Shown: positions 45,501 to 58,434 of the stretch, one piece after another
Layout: each line of letters starts with the position of its first letter
How positions within the stretch are numbered: the first letter of the stretch is position 1
Source of the DNA: Enoplolaimus lenunculus
Taxonomy: Eukaryota
NCBI GenBank assembly: GCA_030248215.1
Contig: JASANG010001649.1
Coordinates: 186,001 to 250,000 of the forward strand
Direction of reading: 5' to 3'
DNA length: 64,000 nucleotides
Position numbers and translations under genes: made by a program
Notes under the pieces: generated by a model
What the model saw: only the letters and a program-made list of their open reading frames with translations
Databases searched by the model: none
What the model was told of the DNA's origin: nothing

Positions 45501-48500
45501 AATGCAAATAAATGTATGCTTTGAAAGAGTTTCTGCAATTATTTTAAGGCTTCGCTTTACTGTTTCAGGAGATTGTTGGTTGCTGGCTGCAGTCGCTAAC
45601 TTGACAATGTATCCGGAATTTTTCAAAATTATTATTCCGCCCGAACAAAGTTTTCGTCCCATGGATTATTGTGGTGCATTTAAATTTGTGGTAACGGTTT
45701 TCTTTAATTTTTAAGTACTTTAAATGTTGCTTTCGGTAAAAGACAATTTCAAATTATCAATCGATGTTAATTGTCACAAAGTTAAAATTTTGATTTAGTA
45801 AACCTGAGCAGAATTTAGCTTGTTTTAAGGGAAATCACCTAGCTATGTTATTCACGTATTACTCACGTTTATAGAATGCTTTTTAGTGCACAGAATTTAT
45901 ATACTTAACTGCCTACTTTTGCTCTAAGAGCAGCACAACCACCAGATGGAAGCGATGCGTTTAGTTCCGTGGGGTCCCATGGGCGGAGTTGGATGGGATA
46001 AAACATAATGCCCATGAGTAGTATAGGAGGGCCAGGACCCCTCCTATACTACTCCCGTGGATTAGGCTCCCCATAATTTGCAAAAATGGGACAAAATTAG
46101 AAGGGCTAATTTTGCTCAGCTTTGAAAATTGCAGCTGAAAAGTAAACTGATTTTTTGGCTGGCAAAATACTTAATTTTATATCGTTCATCGATATTTTCT
46201 AACCTGTGTTTAGCTAAATGGAATAAAAACTGAACGGAATAACTAAAAGTCGCAAGAACATAGATTAATTGCACTAAAATATGCAAATAAATATAAAAAG
46301 CACTTCAGCGCTGTTAATTATTCCATAATATAACTGCTATTATTGTAATGCATGTGGTGCATGGTTACTTGTTTCCCAATGGGTCGGCTGGAAAAACTCC
46401 CTCCTGGGCGTATAGAGACGTATCGCTGTTATCAGCCGCTTCTGACAGTATTAATCCATGACGTGTATGCTTGGCAAAATTAAATCAAAACCGGGAAATC
46501 TGACGAATCTCTGAACGAATTTCGTATTTAACGATACGTGAACCTGACAGCTTTAATGTTGACAGAAACCAAGAGAGTCAGTGCTGTGGATTCAAAAGTG
46601 TGCGGAGATGGTTGTACGCCCCTCGTCAGAAACTATTTTGTGATAACATGGTACGGCCCCTACTTTACAATTGGTTCATAACTTTTATCAGCCTGCCTCC
46701 CGTCAGAAATTTCTGGATCCACCACTGCGTATGACTGTGAAGAAAGCTGTGTAGAAAATTGTCAACTTAAGAAGTCGTCTTGCACCCGTCTTTAAAGCTA
46801 TAAACTTGCTGTCTGAAAAATATGAAGCGAGGTGTGCGCATTAACTATTAAAAGAATTGCATTATCATTGAATCCAATATTATTTTATTTTGCTATTTAT
46901 TTTTTTGCTTAGTTTTGGCGAAGTGGTCAATGGTTAGATGTCATTGTTGACGACCGGCTACCGTTTGTTAAGAACGAACTGTTATCGATGCATAGTTCAA
47001 ATGAACGAGAATTTTGGTCTGCGCTACTGGAGAAAGCATACGCTAAGTAAGGCACAGAAATCAAATTCGTTCACAAAAGTTTGTGGCAATTAATGCAGGT
47101 AGATCAATTTTATAGCATAGAACAACGGGCCGATGTTACTTTTAGGGCCATAACCATGGTTTAAGCATATGCCTAAGCCTAATCCTAAGCGTAAGCAAAA
47201 AATGTAGTCTAAAATCTAAGCCTTCTCTTTTACAGACCCACCAGACACTGGGACGGCCCTTAACATGGGCCCCAACAACCAATGATTGAGCATCGAATAC
47301 AATTTGAGACCAAGCACGACAGAACATGTAAAAGTATCAGTGTCAAACAAAATTTGATCACTGATCCTGTAATGGTCACGTCACGCAGCAATTTTGCGCA
47401 AGCAAACGAACAACCATCTAAACACAACTCCGTAGCTTTAGCGTGTAATTAATTTGCTTTTTTAGGGTCAACGGCAGTTACGAAGCTCTCGAGGGTGGTT
47501 GGTCAAGCGAAGCGATGCAAGATTTCACTGGTGGAGTGACAGAAGTGCACGATCTACGTGAATCGATCCCGCCGTATTTGTGGGATGCACTGTTGCATTC
47601 GTTTCAAAATTGTTCTATGATGTGCGCTGGGACATTGGTAAAATTTTAGCGCGTATTCTCAACTGTGCGTAGAACCCATTTTCCATTGTTCAAAAGACTG
47701 CTGCTGGCTTGCGAGTAAAATTTTTAAAAAGAGTTAAACTTTTGCTTAATCTTTAAAGTGTACTTTTTGCTAGTCGTTAGGTTTACATTTACGCTGTATA
47801 TCTTGACTTTCACGTGAAAGTTAATGTTTTAAGTAGGCTTTATTGGGAGCTTGCTCTATGGCTTAAACAATTCAGCACTCAGTGTAATGGAATGATAAGT
47901 TAAATAAACAATATTAAACTATTTATAGCCTGATCCTAACGTGTATGAAATGCAAACGTCATACGGATTGATCAAAGGGCACGCGTATAGCATCACTAAC
48001 GTCAAGGAGGTCAGTTAATACGAAAATGCAACTACCCAAAAATAGATGATCTGGTTCTAGTGCGCTTTCTACCCATATTTAATGTTAATACACTTTCAAT
48101 CACAGGCTGACGTTTTGGCAAAGACACAAGATTTGGTAAGCATTTTCCTAAGCCTAAATCAAAGACGAAGCCTAGGTCTTAGCTTAAGACTAGAACCTGT
48201 GGAAGTAGCTTATGGTGAAGGTAACGTTATACCTACTTGTCGTGAAGTGCCGTCCGGGCGCAAGTCAAAAAATATTTGCAAATTTTCATGCAGTGCCATA
48301 CGCCAATTCAAGTGCGGTGCGGTATAGTGTCGGGCGGTAACAAGGACGACACCAGACAGCATTAAAGTACTCAAAAAGTATATAGCGTCACACTTATACG
48401 ATTTTTGTTTTATCCTAATTTTAAATAAAACTGATTGCAAAATTTGGTTTCAGATTGAACTAACGCTTTCATCGGGTTATCAAATCAAAGAAAAACTGAT

Positions 48501-51500
48501 CCGACTACGAAATCCATGGGGTGAAATTGAATGGAACGGCTCTTGGAGTGATAAGTAAAGATATAACTCGCGTTGAAATCCTGAATGCTCTTGAAAGATG
48601 ATGAACTCGATTTTTGATTATTTTTAATTCCAACTGTAATTCCGATTCAGACTAAATTTCGTTTCGTTGGAAACCTTCTATTAATTGTCCAGTGAACAGT
48701 GTTTCATCAAACGGTGAGGCAAAATTCGTATTTTTATGCAACTGGTTGATAGACACATACAAACGAATTTTAAGTGAACCGCCGCAAAGTAACAAGTTTT
48801 CCAGATTTGGAGAGAATCCAGCATGGTTTAGAAGAAGCCAAAAACTTTATGAAGTGTATGGTAATATTAGAATTCAGATGTATATAAAGTCAAAACAAAC
48901 AATTTTAGGGTGGGGTAGGCTCTGTGGTTCCGCGTTTAGCTGCTTGGCCTGTGTTAAACACTATATGTAGTTTACTTTTCAGTTCAACTGAATGGAATCT
49001 GTTAACGGAAGATCAGCGAGCCCAGGTTGGACTAGCGAAAAAAGAAGACGGAGAGTTTTGGTAGGCGACACTCCTGTAGCCAAGTTACACGGACCAAAGC
49101 GCCCGGAAAAACAATATGACGAAAACCGACTAAGTTTTAATACTTTCGCCAACGTTTCTACATTTTATATTAATGATAGCCGGATCCAGTGTTTGTAAAT
49201 ATTTAAAGCCATCCGTTCTGCCATGCTGAAAATTTGTGATGAAAATGATTCGATGTAAAAATTAAATTTGAACCATTCGTTGAAGCGTCAAATTTTATAA
49301 ACTCAAAAATGTATCGTTTTGATATCGGAACATTCTTGGTCTGTAGCCATATGCAAATTTAATTTAATTTTATCAAGTACATACAAATGAGACATTGTGC
49401 AAAGCACACGCCTTTGCCGTAGCCTCACGCTAAGCTTAAGACCTAGCTTTAAGCCCTATCCACACGTGCGAATTTTTACAGCAAGAACTTGCATATGCAA
49501 GGTTGGTTACAAATGAGTTTTTGATAATCTTGCAGCTACATGCTGTTCACCGGAATTCGTGCTATGAAATATAATTCGCACTTGTTAATACAATTGCACT
49601 CGCCCGCAAATTATTCACATAATGTATATAAAAATTCAGAATGATTGTGAGATTTCTTTGTAAATACTTAAAACGGCAAGTGTTTCGTGCAAGCTGCAGC
49701 TGCGAGTTCTCGCTTCAAAACTTGCACGTGTAAATAGGGTTTTATCATTAAACGTAAGGGCATGGGTACAAGATCCATCGTAGATACAGTTAGACGGATT
49801 TTGAATATTTTTAATATTATTTGTTTGTTTTTTTGTTTGCTTGCTTAAGGATGCCATACTCTGATTTTACACGATACATCGACCGCGTCGAATTCTGTCA
49901 CTTTAAACCAGACAATCGAATGATTGAAATTTACGGCGGCGGGCGACATTCGGTCTCGTGGCAAGAAACACATTTTGAAGGCAGCTGGATCAAAGGCGTG
50001 TCTGCTGGAGGTTGCATGAATTATATTAGTAAGATTTTCATCACACTTCTTCTATGAACATTTAAATTTGTTTTGTTTGGTATTTGATTTCAATCTGAGT
50101 TTCGAAGCCCGATAATTTCTTATTGGAATTTGTTAATATCACCACTCGACCATAAGTATACTTCAAGTGCAGTGGCGAATCTACGATTTTCTGACGGAGG
50201 CAGCAAGTGAACGTCCCTACACCCACCCTTATCTGCTACGGCTTGATGAAGATATATATAAGTATTTGAACATTAAATTCCAGACACAGGCTATGCTATA
50301 TATGTTATAGCCCAAGCCGTAATTCAGCCTAATTAAAAATTCGGCTACTAGTCAAGGTCGTAATTACGCCTTGAGCTAGCCCCTGACGTAATTCATTCTC
50401 TGTTACAAGTTTACGTCTTATGATTGGTTACTGTCTTGATTCCATACTCAACTACAATTAGCTGACATAAATACTCTTTTCTGATTGGCTAAGTAAATAC
50501 CTGTTGGCTACCAAACAGTGTATTTTACTAAAGTTAAGTGGAATCAGCTGAATTACAACTATCAAGTAACCAATCAGAAAACAACGCAGGTTTCTCACAC
50601 ATAAGTCCGCCCTGGGCTTGCCCAAGTCGTAATTCCGCTTTGGACTAAACCCATTCTGGAATTGGGCTGAATTACGACTCGGGCTGCAACATATATATGT
50701 ATTTAAATTTTATGTTTTAGACACCAGCTATGCCGAGAACCCTCAGTTTTTAATTGAAATAGCAGACTGTGGCACGCATTCGGCCAATCGCGAAGAATGT
50801 GTTTGTATCATTGCGTTGTTACAAAAAAATATGAGGCGACAAAAAAATCTTGGCGGTGGTGGATTTTTACCAATAGGATTTGATGTTTTCAAGGTAACGC
50901 AGTATTATGAGCTTGTTGAGCATTGTTTATAATATAAATATTGTTTGCGTGTATTTTTGGGAAGGTATGGTGCTCAAAAACTTCAAAATGAAAATGTGGT
51001 TTTTCAACAATTTTCGGCTCAGTATAGCGTTTACGGTGTCACGTTATACTTTTAATTTTATCATTCGCCGCACGTCAACACTTTTTAGCTGAAAATTACA
51101 AACCGGAGCGTACTTATTTCAGTATAGCGGTTAGGAGATATCAATTAGCCAATTCAAATGAATTTAAATTGTTCTGTGATGTTTTTCATTCAGCTCAACA
51201 AGTCTACAGTCAGTGATTTTCGTCGTCAACGGCGACTTGACAAACTCTGGTTTAAAGACAACCGGCCTCCAATTTACGGCACCAAAACGTTTAAAAATTC
51301 ACGTGAAATCTCTGAACGATTTCTGGTTCGACCTGGTACTTACGTTATTGTTCCGTGTACATTTGAACCAAATTGTGACGGCGAATTTTTGTTACGAATG
51401 TTTTCTGAAATCGAAACCCGTGGAAGGTACATAAGTAGCAATTTGTTGTTTGCTTGTCTTATATATGTACATATATTGCTGTTAGGAATGAAAGGTTGAT

Positions 51501-54500
51501 TTTCTCTCATGACTGTGCATTTATATTTGAAGTTGTTTATAAAACGTATATATTATAAGACCAATGATTGATATAAAATATTACCAATTATTTTTTACTG
51601 TATTAACGTTATTGTTGGACTTTTAACTTCAGTTTAAACGAACGTGAATTTTGTCAAACGTGACTAAGATTAATGCAAAACATAATTTCTGCAAACAAAT
51701 AAAGCCGAAACTTTACGAAACCCGTTGAATTATATTTAGTCTTAAGGCTTATTAACCATCATGTTTGCGCCACGCTTCGTTTTAGTAAACTACAATTTGA
51801 CGACATTTGTCAAACTGTGCCCTGATTTAATACTTCCCCCTGAAATTACATGAACTAAAATGCATGTTTTTCTTGCAATATCATTCGCTTACAAAACATT
51901 TTTTGTCAACAATGTAAAACAAGACGTGAATTTATATATTTTAGCGAAATCGACGACGAAAATAAAGATACAACACCGGTACCTTCTCCAACGGTGCCTG
52001 ATAAACCCAGTACGGACGAAACAGATGACAGAGTGTTTCCAGCGACACCAAGTCCGAAACCAGATCCCAGTGCAGACGATAAGGTAAGTTCATAGGACTT
52101 AATATATGTCACGTAATTTGAAATGTTACATTTTTTTACTTAGTTGAAGTATACGGAGACGAATATCTGGACACAGTTTAATATTATCACCGAAGTAAAA
52201 AGGAAACTAAATTTTAATAAGCAAAATTTTCGTGGTCCTAAATCAATTGTGAACGACAATTTTAAACCATAGTGATTGTTGAACCATTATCTACAAATGT
52301 ACAATATTAATAATTGTGAATATGCATAAACCAACAGCACTGATTCAAGGGCCCCTACTCTAAAATGTGTGTAGCACCTATCATCAGTAAATGATAGATC
52401 CTGTATTTTGGAACAACCGTATTGTGAGGTTCAAAATTCAGGCCCAGCTAAAGATAAGGGGCGGAACGTTTTTCTGTGGAACTAGAAAAGACTAAGCTTA
52501 GAGCTTTAGACTAAATTTTTTTGCTTAGCTTAGGCTTAGGCTTCGGCTTAGACTTAGGAATATGCTCATTCTTACGCTTAGGCATATGCTTAGGCTTAGA
52601 CATAGGAATATGCTTATAATACCGTTCCGCCTCTGTTCTTTACATTTGCTAAAATTCAGAACATTGTTCGCGTAAACTTTGTCCTACATCTGTAACAATT
52701 TTGTGATTTGGAATTGTAGATGGTCGTCCATTTGAAAACCTATCGCTAACTGATAATAGGTGCTATAAGAATTTGAGAGACAATATGTGCCAAGTTAATT
52801 TTTAAAATTTTATAACTTCGAGAAATAAACTGTTAACTAATAGGAATATCGATAATTGTTTCAGCAAGAAGATTTCAAAGAGATTGCGTTTGATTTATTT
52901 TTCAAGTTTTGTGGTGATGACTATTTGTTGGACACTAGCGATCTTCAAAAGTTGCTCGGCGATTATTTTAAAACCGGTAAAACATCGACGTCGCCAGAGT
53001 ATTTGTTTGCGGCTGTGTAACCATGATCCACCAGAAAAAGTTTTAATTGAAACCATTGTAATTGCAAATTTTGCCACTTTTACTCAGTATGTCTACATAT
53101 ATAAAACACACTTGGTGAACCTGCAGGGGTAGCAGCTACGCCGCATTATTCATATAATTGCGGTAGCAGCTACGCCGCATTATTCATAGAATTGCCTTTG
53201 GCAATGAGATAAAGCTTGTTTCATTTGTACGAGGACGTGCTGGGTGCCAGGCGAATGCCAAGGGGTTCAGCCCATTCTGGAAAAAATTTTGTCCCCTATA
53301 AATATTTTCAACCTTGGTTGTAAGTCATCGAAACCCATTGTATGCCGCTGCTAAAATATTTTCTGCACCACTTACAAACGTGAGCTTGCTACGGCCTGCA
53401 TTTACACTGTAGTTTGATTTAAACTTCTGCTTTGCGTTTAGATTTTGCATTTGATACATTATTATTAAAGGCCCATCGCGAGCTAAAATGCTAGACATGT
53501 CATAAATAATCAGAATTTGCTTAACAAACTGTCAAAACCGAATATTTACAAAAATCTGCTGCTTTTAGTCTCCAAGGTACGTAGCATATCCGTTAATAGA
53601 CGCAAGTGTTGTAACTTTCGAATCAGCTTGAGACAAAACTTCAAAATTTAGCACATTTTTCGCATTCGGTTCGACATGCTCGTCAGCAGAGTTTAAGGTC
53701 CGCGGCTGTTTCATTTCAGATGCTTGAAAACCTATTACTGACTGATAGGTAATAGGTGTTACATAGACATGAGAAGACGGCTTTTTGGTTGAGCCAAAAC
53801 ATACCACACAAACAATAAATTGTCTTGTATTCAACAAATATTGACTGAAATTTAATGTTTAAGGCAATTATGTCTTAATACGGACACTCCAGACATATAT
53901 GTCTTGAAATCCAGAGATTAATTTCTTAAATTTTTTAGAAATATGTGTATGATGCTTTTCAGACTTTTACTCAAATTTAAGACTTTGTTTCATAAACAGT
54001 TAAGACAAATGTTTCTGATGTTTCTGAAATATGACATGTATTTCTGAAACACAAAACAAATATGTCTGAAATACAAGACAAATATTTTCCAGAGAAACGA
54101 GTCCAAATTTCCGGGCTAAAGCTCAACTAAACACCCTAATTTTACAGCCTAAGATACGTCCAAGACGTAAACTTAGGTTGGGAGAAGTCTAAGATCATCC
54201 CGAATTATGCTTGAAATTGGATTATTTAAATACACTCCTCAGAATATAAACGGATCAACTTTTTTGCATACATAGAAATCAGAACAAAATTACTCCTGTA
54301 TATAATTACTAATGTCTTATAAATTGACAACTTTAATTTCTTAAATTTAAGACATTTATGCTTTAACCATTTCAGACACCATGACTTTCTGAGCTGTAAG
54401 GCTATTAATGTCTGAAATACCTGACATTTATATTTACAAAACTTAAGAAAGAAACTGTCTTGAATTATCAAGACAATTTATTTGTGTGTTGGTTCACATT

Positions 54501-56243
54501 TTATTGTTTAGATTTTGACAAAGCATCTTGCCAAAAAATGATTTCGTTAAATGATACGTTTTTAATTGGAAGAGTTGACGAGCAATCGTTTCAATCGCTA
54601 TTTGCCTCTGTAAACACCTGGAAAGTAAGGTTTACTGTCGCTCGATTTCACAGTGGTATATCGAAATATATTATTCAATCTTCATAGTATAGCAAAAATT
54701 TAGATTTAGAGAAAGCTCGAAGCAAACTTTCAGTTTTCTAATTGATTGAAGAGGCGGTAAAGGTGAAACATTGCTCAGAAAAACTGGGATCTTTTTGTTT
54801 CCAATTTACAAAAATAATATAACTTTGCTACTGAGTTTTTGATGATTCAGTATGAGATCCGCGTAGTGCGGGGCTTGATGGCGGCAGCCCCATATCCTGC
54901 GTTGAGCTACTTGACATTTACGGTGGGTTTAGAGGAACGGTAGCCCGTGATCAGAAACGAACAAAGTGCCCCTGCCAAATAGTGGAGGGGTAGGGATCGA
55001 TAAAAAAGCTTTAATATGTACAAATCAACAAACCAATACTAAAACCGAGTCTTGGAACTTCATGCCCACAGTCGCAGATTATGTAGAATAACCCTGACTT
55101 GGCTTTTTAAACTTAGCAGTGAAATTTTTAATTTCCTTTTAATTTTGTGTATGTAATGTGTTTAAGCGAGCGTTTGAAGAATATGACTATGACAATTCGG
55201 GCACAATTCGTTCATTTGAATTGCGTAACGCTTTGAGAGATTCAGGTACCTTTTAAAAATTCCAAGAAACAATTTCCAACAACAATAAAACTATATATGG
55301 TAAATTTAAAGAAAGCTGTCTCCAAAATCCATGCTTTGTATGATTTAAACTGCGTAGATACTTTAGTGACCCGAATAGTAATGGGTAATGACAAGAGTCC
55401 CCATTTTGTATTTTAATCAATAGGAGAATGTATACTAATAAGAGCCCGTAAGCGAATAGTTTCTAAGCCATAATTACAGTCCATAAATGTCAATTGTCCG
55501 TATAACGCCCTCCTTGACATTCACAACTGATATTTGGTTATTAAAAACACTAAATTTAAGGTTTATCAATTACTAACCGCACCGCTCGTGCAGTTGTACT
55601 AAATAACGTTGACACCGATCAAAACGAAATGAATTTGCCACAGTTTGTTACGTGCGCAATTAAACTGCAGAAACGTTTGCAGCAATTTGCGCAATTTGAA
55701 CACGATAAAAACAACCGTGCGTTGGTTGATGTCGATCAGGTATTCCACCCGGACGTACGCCCATAGTTCACTCATAGACAAATTCTAGAAATAGGAATAT
55801 TTGATACTTTATAGCTAGTAGAGAGGCAATAAGCAACTTTAATGGTTTTTAGCATGTTATTAGTTGTAGACCTCTTTATCACTATTGCACCATTCACACG
55901 TGCAAGATTTGCAGCGAGAACTTGCAGCTGCAATTTGCACGAAATACTTGCTGCTGCAAGTATTCTCAAAGGAACATTCCAGTTGACCAATCAAACTACA
56001 GGTGCAAAAAATTCAAGTGACTTGCAACTGCGTTCACAGGTGCGGTTTTTGCAGCAACAGCTTGCAAGTGTGAATGCAATTTAATACGTAACATGATCTA
56101 GAAATCTGCGCAATTTCTCTGTTACGATTTTGATAGAAATTAACTAATTATGTCCACCGAACAGTTTGAAGCTTGCGTTCCTGTATCTAAAAGTTAATAA
56201 ATGCAATATTTTTCTTTTTTAGTGGATTGAAGCAACACTGTGA
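42519..56243 (+). CDS. Classical calpain (CysPc + C2L/CBSW + penta-EF-hand), similar to arthropod calpain A/B, with ~290-aa N-terminal extension; 17 exons, ~994 aa
   Basis: Exons: 42519-43517, 45028-45097, 45569-45690, 46913-47046, 47466-47637, 47929-48009, 48454-48554, 48983-49060, 49850-50028, 50721-50893, 51194-51426, 51945-52083, 52865-52976, 54512-54624, 55167-55245, 55561-55739, 56223-56243; all phases consistent. Motifs [20 protein letters not shown] (catalytic Cys), [20 protein letters not shown] (His), RLRNPWG (Asn), [27 protein letters not shown] loop [12 protein letters not shown]. The start could be ATG 42519 or the second Met ten codons later. Confidence 0.93.
49452..49741. mobile_element. 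PIF/Harbinger-type MITE (related copy ~55887-56080)
   Basis: TIR agccctatccacacgtgc / gcacgtgtaaatagggtt; TTA on both sides. Confidence 0.75.
50303..50691. mobile_element. TGT...ACA-terminal MITE inserted in (TA)n
   Basis: TIR tgttatagcccaagccgtaattcagcctaatt / aattgggctgaattacgactcgggctgcaaca; TATATA on both sides. Confidence 0.8.
52441..52650. mobile_element. GGCC-terminal MITE with 8-bp TSD and internal TTAGGC-like repeats (copies e.g. 15227-15373, 16125-16299, 41834-42020, 47126-47271, 56468-56815)
   Basis: TIR ggccca..taaagat.aggggcggaac / gttccgc..ctgttctt.acat; perfect TSD AAAATTCA. The homologous host element at ~13610 has a single AAAATTCA (empty site). Confidence 0.85.
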
Positions 56244-58029
56244 AGGTAATATATCGCTGACGGACATTAAAAATCTGATCTGCACTATTTAGTTGAGTAT
56301 TAAATGCAACTCTGTGCAACGTTTTGAAAAATTAAAAGCGCAACAACGCTACATCTTTGAACATATTTAAATATTTAAATGAATATTTTACCAATGCGCT
56401 TGATAAACGGTATGCCTGAGGGTATTCTAAATTAAAGTTAAGACTTGGCAAAACAGTCCGAGTTCCAGCCCCTGTAAAGATCAGGGGCGGACAATTTTTC
56501 CGCGGAGTGCAATAGAGTATTAAGCTTAGCAGGCCCGTAGCCAGCTCACCTTGCTAGGGGGTTAAAAAATTTTCAGGAAAAGCATACAAGGGTTTTGTTG
56601 ACTTACATGCAAGTATGAAAATTTTCTGAGCGGGAGCAAAACTTTTCTTGTGGGCTCAGCCCCTTGTTACCCCCCTTATCTACTGGCCCAAATCTTAATC
56701 TTTAGACTTATTGTTTTGCTTTGGCTTAGGGTCAGGTGTAAACTCATTTTATGCTTAAACTTTGGCTTATTAATATGCTTGTACTACTGCTACGCCAAAG
56801 TTCTATACATTGGCCGAGTTTTCTATAGCGTTGCGTCATTGTTGTATTACACTTAGTCTGGAACGTTTCCTCCTTATTATTTCAGATATTGGTTAGATGA
56901 ACTTCATTCATACTCACAGTAACACATAAAACACACGACTTATTCTATGCACTCTAAATCGGTGTTTCTCTGCGAGTATACTAAACCCGCTTATGTAGCG
57001 GTCAATGGACAGATTATTTTGCAGCTTATAAGGTCGTCATATGAGTGAATTTTGAAAAAATATAACCAAATTCACACAGGACTACGCTAATTTAAAGGTA
57101 TTCGATTTAGGCAAGCCAAGAACAAAACATTTTGGCTTACAAAACACAAACATAACGTTATTTAGAGAACAAAAAGCTATTAAGACACTAAAGAGACATC
57201 TGCAACCATTTTAATGAGATTTTAGGGTTTTCTAGGAACGCACCACAGCTCCTTTGAGAATATTTCTTAAGAGAACGCACCAAAACATTGGGGTTATACT
57301 TTTAAGAAGATGTGGTAATTACGTTTCAGAACGGCATTTGGCCGGGGCGCCAAACAGATTATTTGGTGTCCATGCCAGAATTTTAAACCAAAATCAATTA
57401 GCGATTTCATGATCTTGTTTTGTTGACGTCAACAGTGGCAACGGATGTAAATACACTTTACACTGTATTTTACAGGTCTATTGTAAATTCTGAGGTTTAA
57501 ACAATGAATGTTGTGTTGGTCGAATATTCTTCGACTACTAGACGCACGCAATATTTCAGTCATGAAAGTAATGTTTTCGTACAAAAATTATTTTGTTTGA
57601 CAGTCGCAGAATTATTTGGGTTCTAAATTTTTAATTTGTAACTGATAGAACTCCAAAAAACGAAAATAAATCCCATTCATATATACAATGTTTTGAACGT
57701 TTAAGTCAGGGGCACATGTTACAAACAGGGATGGACCAATTTTCCACGTAAGTTTAAGCTTTAGATTTATTTTTTGCTCTGGTTTGTGCTTATAAGCTTA
57801 AGATTAGGTGTCGGCTTATCCTTACACTTAGCCTTATGCTAAGGAATTTACTTATGCCACTTTAACGGCCCTGTTCCAAAAATTCAATCTACTTAAAAAT
57901 CAAAAACTTTGTTCGCAACACCAAGCAGTGGTTGATTTACTGTGCTTTGGAACTATGTGTCTGTTTTCTTTCAAATAGTAAAACACAAACCGTCATGCTT
58001 GCTGGGAAATAACCCGGAGGCGCCACTGC

Positions 58030-58434
58030 CTACTTCCAGATCGTTATCGGATATTCGTTTCTGTTTCCGTTTCCGGTAAAAATCGGTATGCGTTTCCGTT
58101 ACAGAAATACCGTATATTCGTTATTATTTTTACGTTGAAAATTGCTTATAAATTATGTAAAGTTTTCGCAATTTTTCATTACAGATTTGCTGCAACTGTT
58201 TGCACTGAAACAAAAATTGCGATATTTCATATTCTTAAAAATTAGGTTGCACCGGTCATTTTTCTTCAAAACTTTAGAAATGCCGGTGAACATTTACATT
58301 TCTCAATTGTGTTGGCAGAAAAATACCTAAAACCTATTTGAAATTTATATATTTCAACATCCGCTATTCGTTTCCGTTATTTCGATCACTATCCGTTTCC
58401 GTTTTCATTATTTTTACTATCCGTTTACACCCTG
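58030..58434. mobile_element. MITE family with TTTCCG subrepeats (relatives 38060-38392 and ~20614)
   Basis: Terminus atccgtttacaccctg; its reverse complement is seen at 20614. Left boundary approximate. Confidence 0.6.

Noticed and set aside
53630..53700. Hammerhead ribozyme core on the minus strand (CTGACGA-GCAT..ATGC-GAAA)
   Set aside because: Stem I is mismatched next to the core, stem III is weak and all A/T, and the related repeat copy near 13620 lacks the motif; likely chance.
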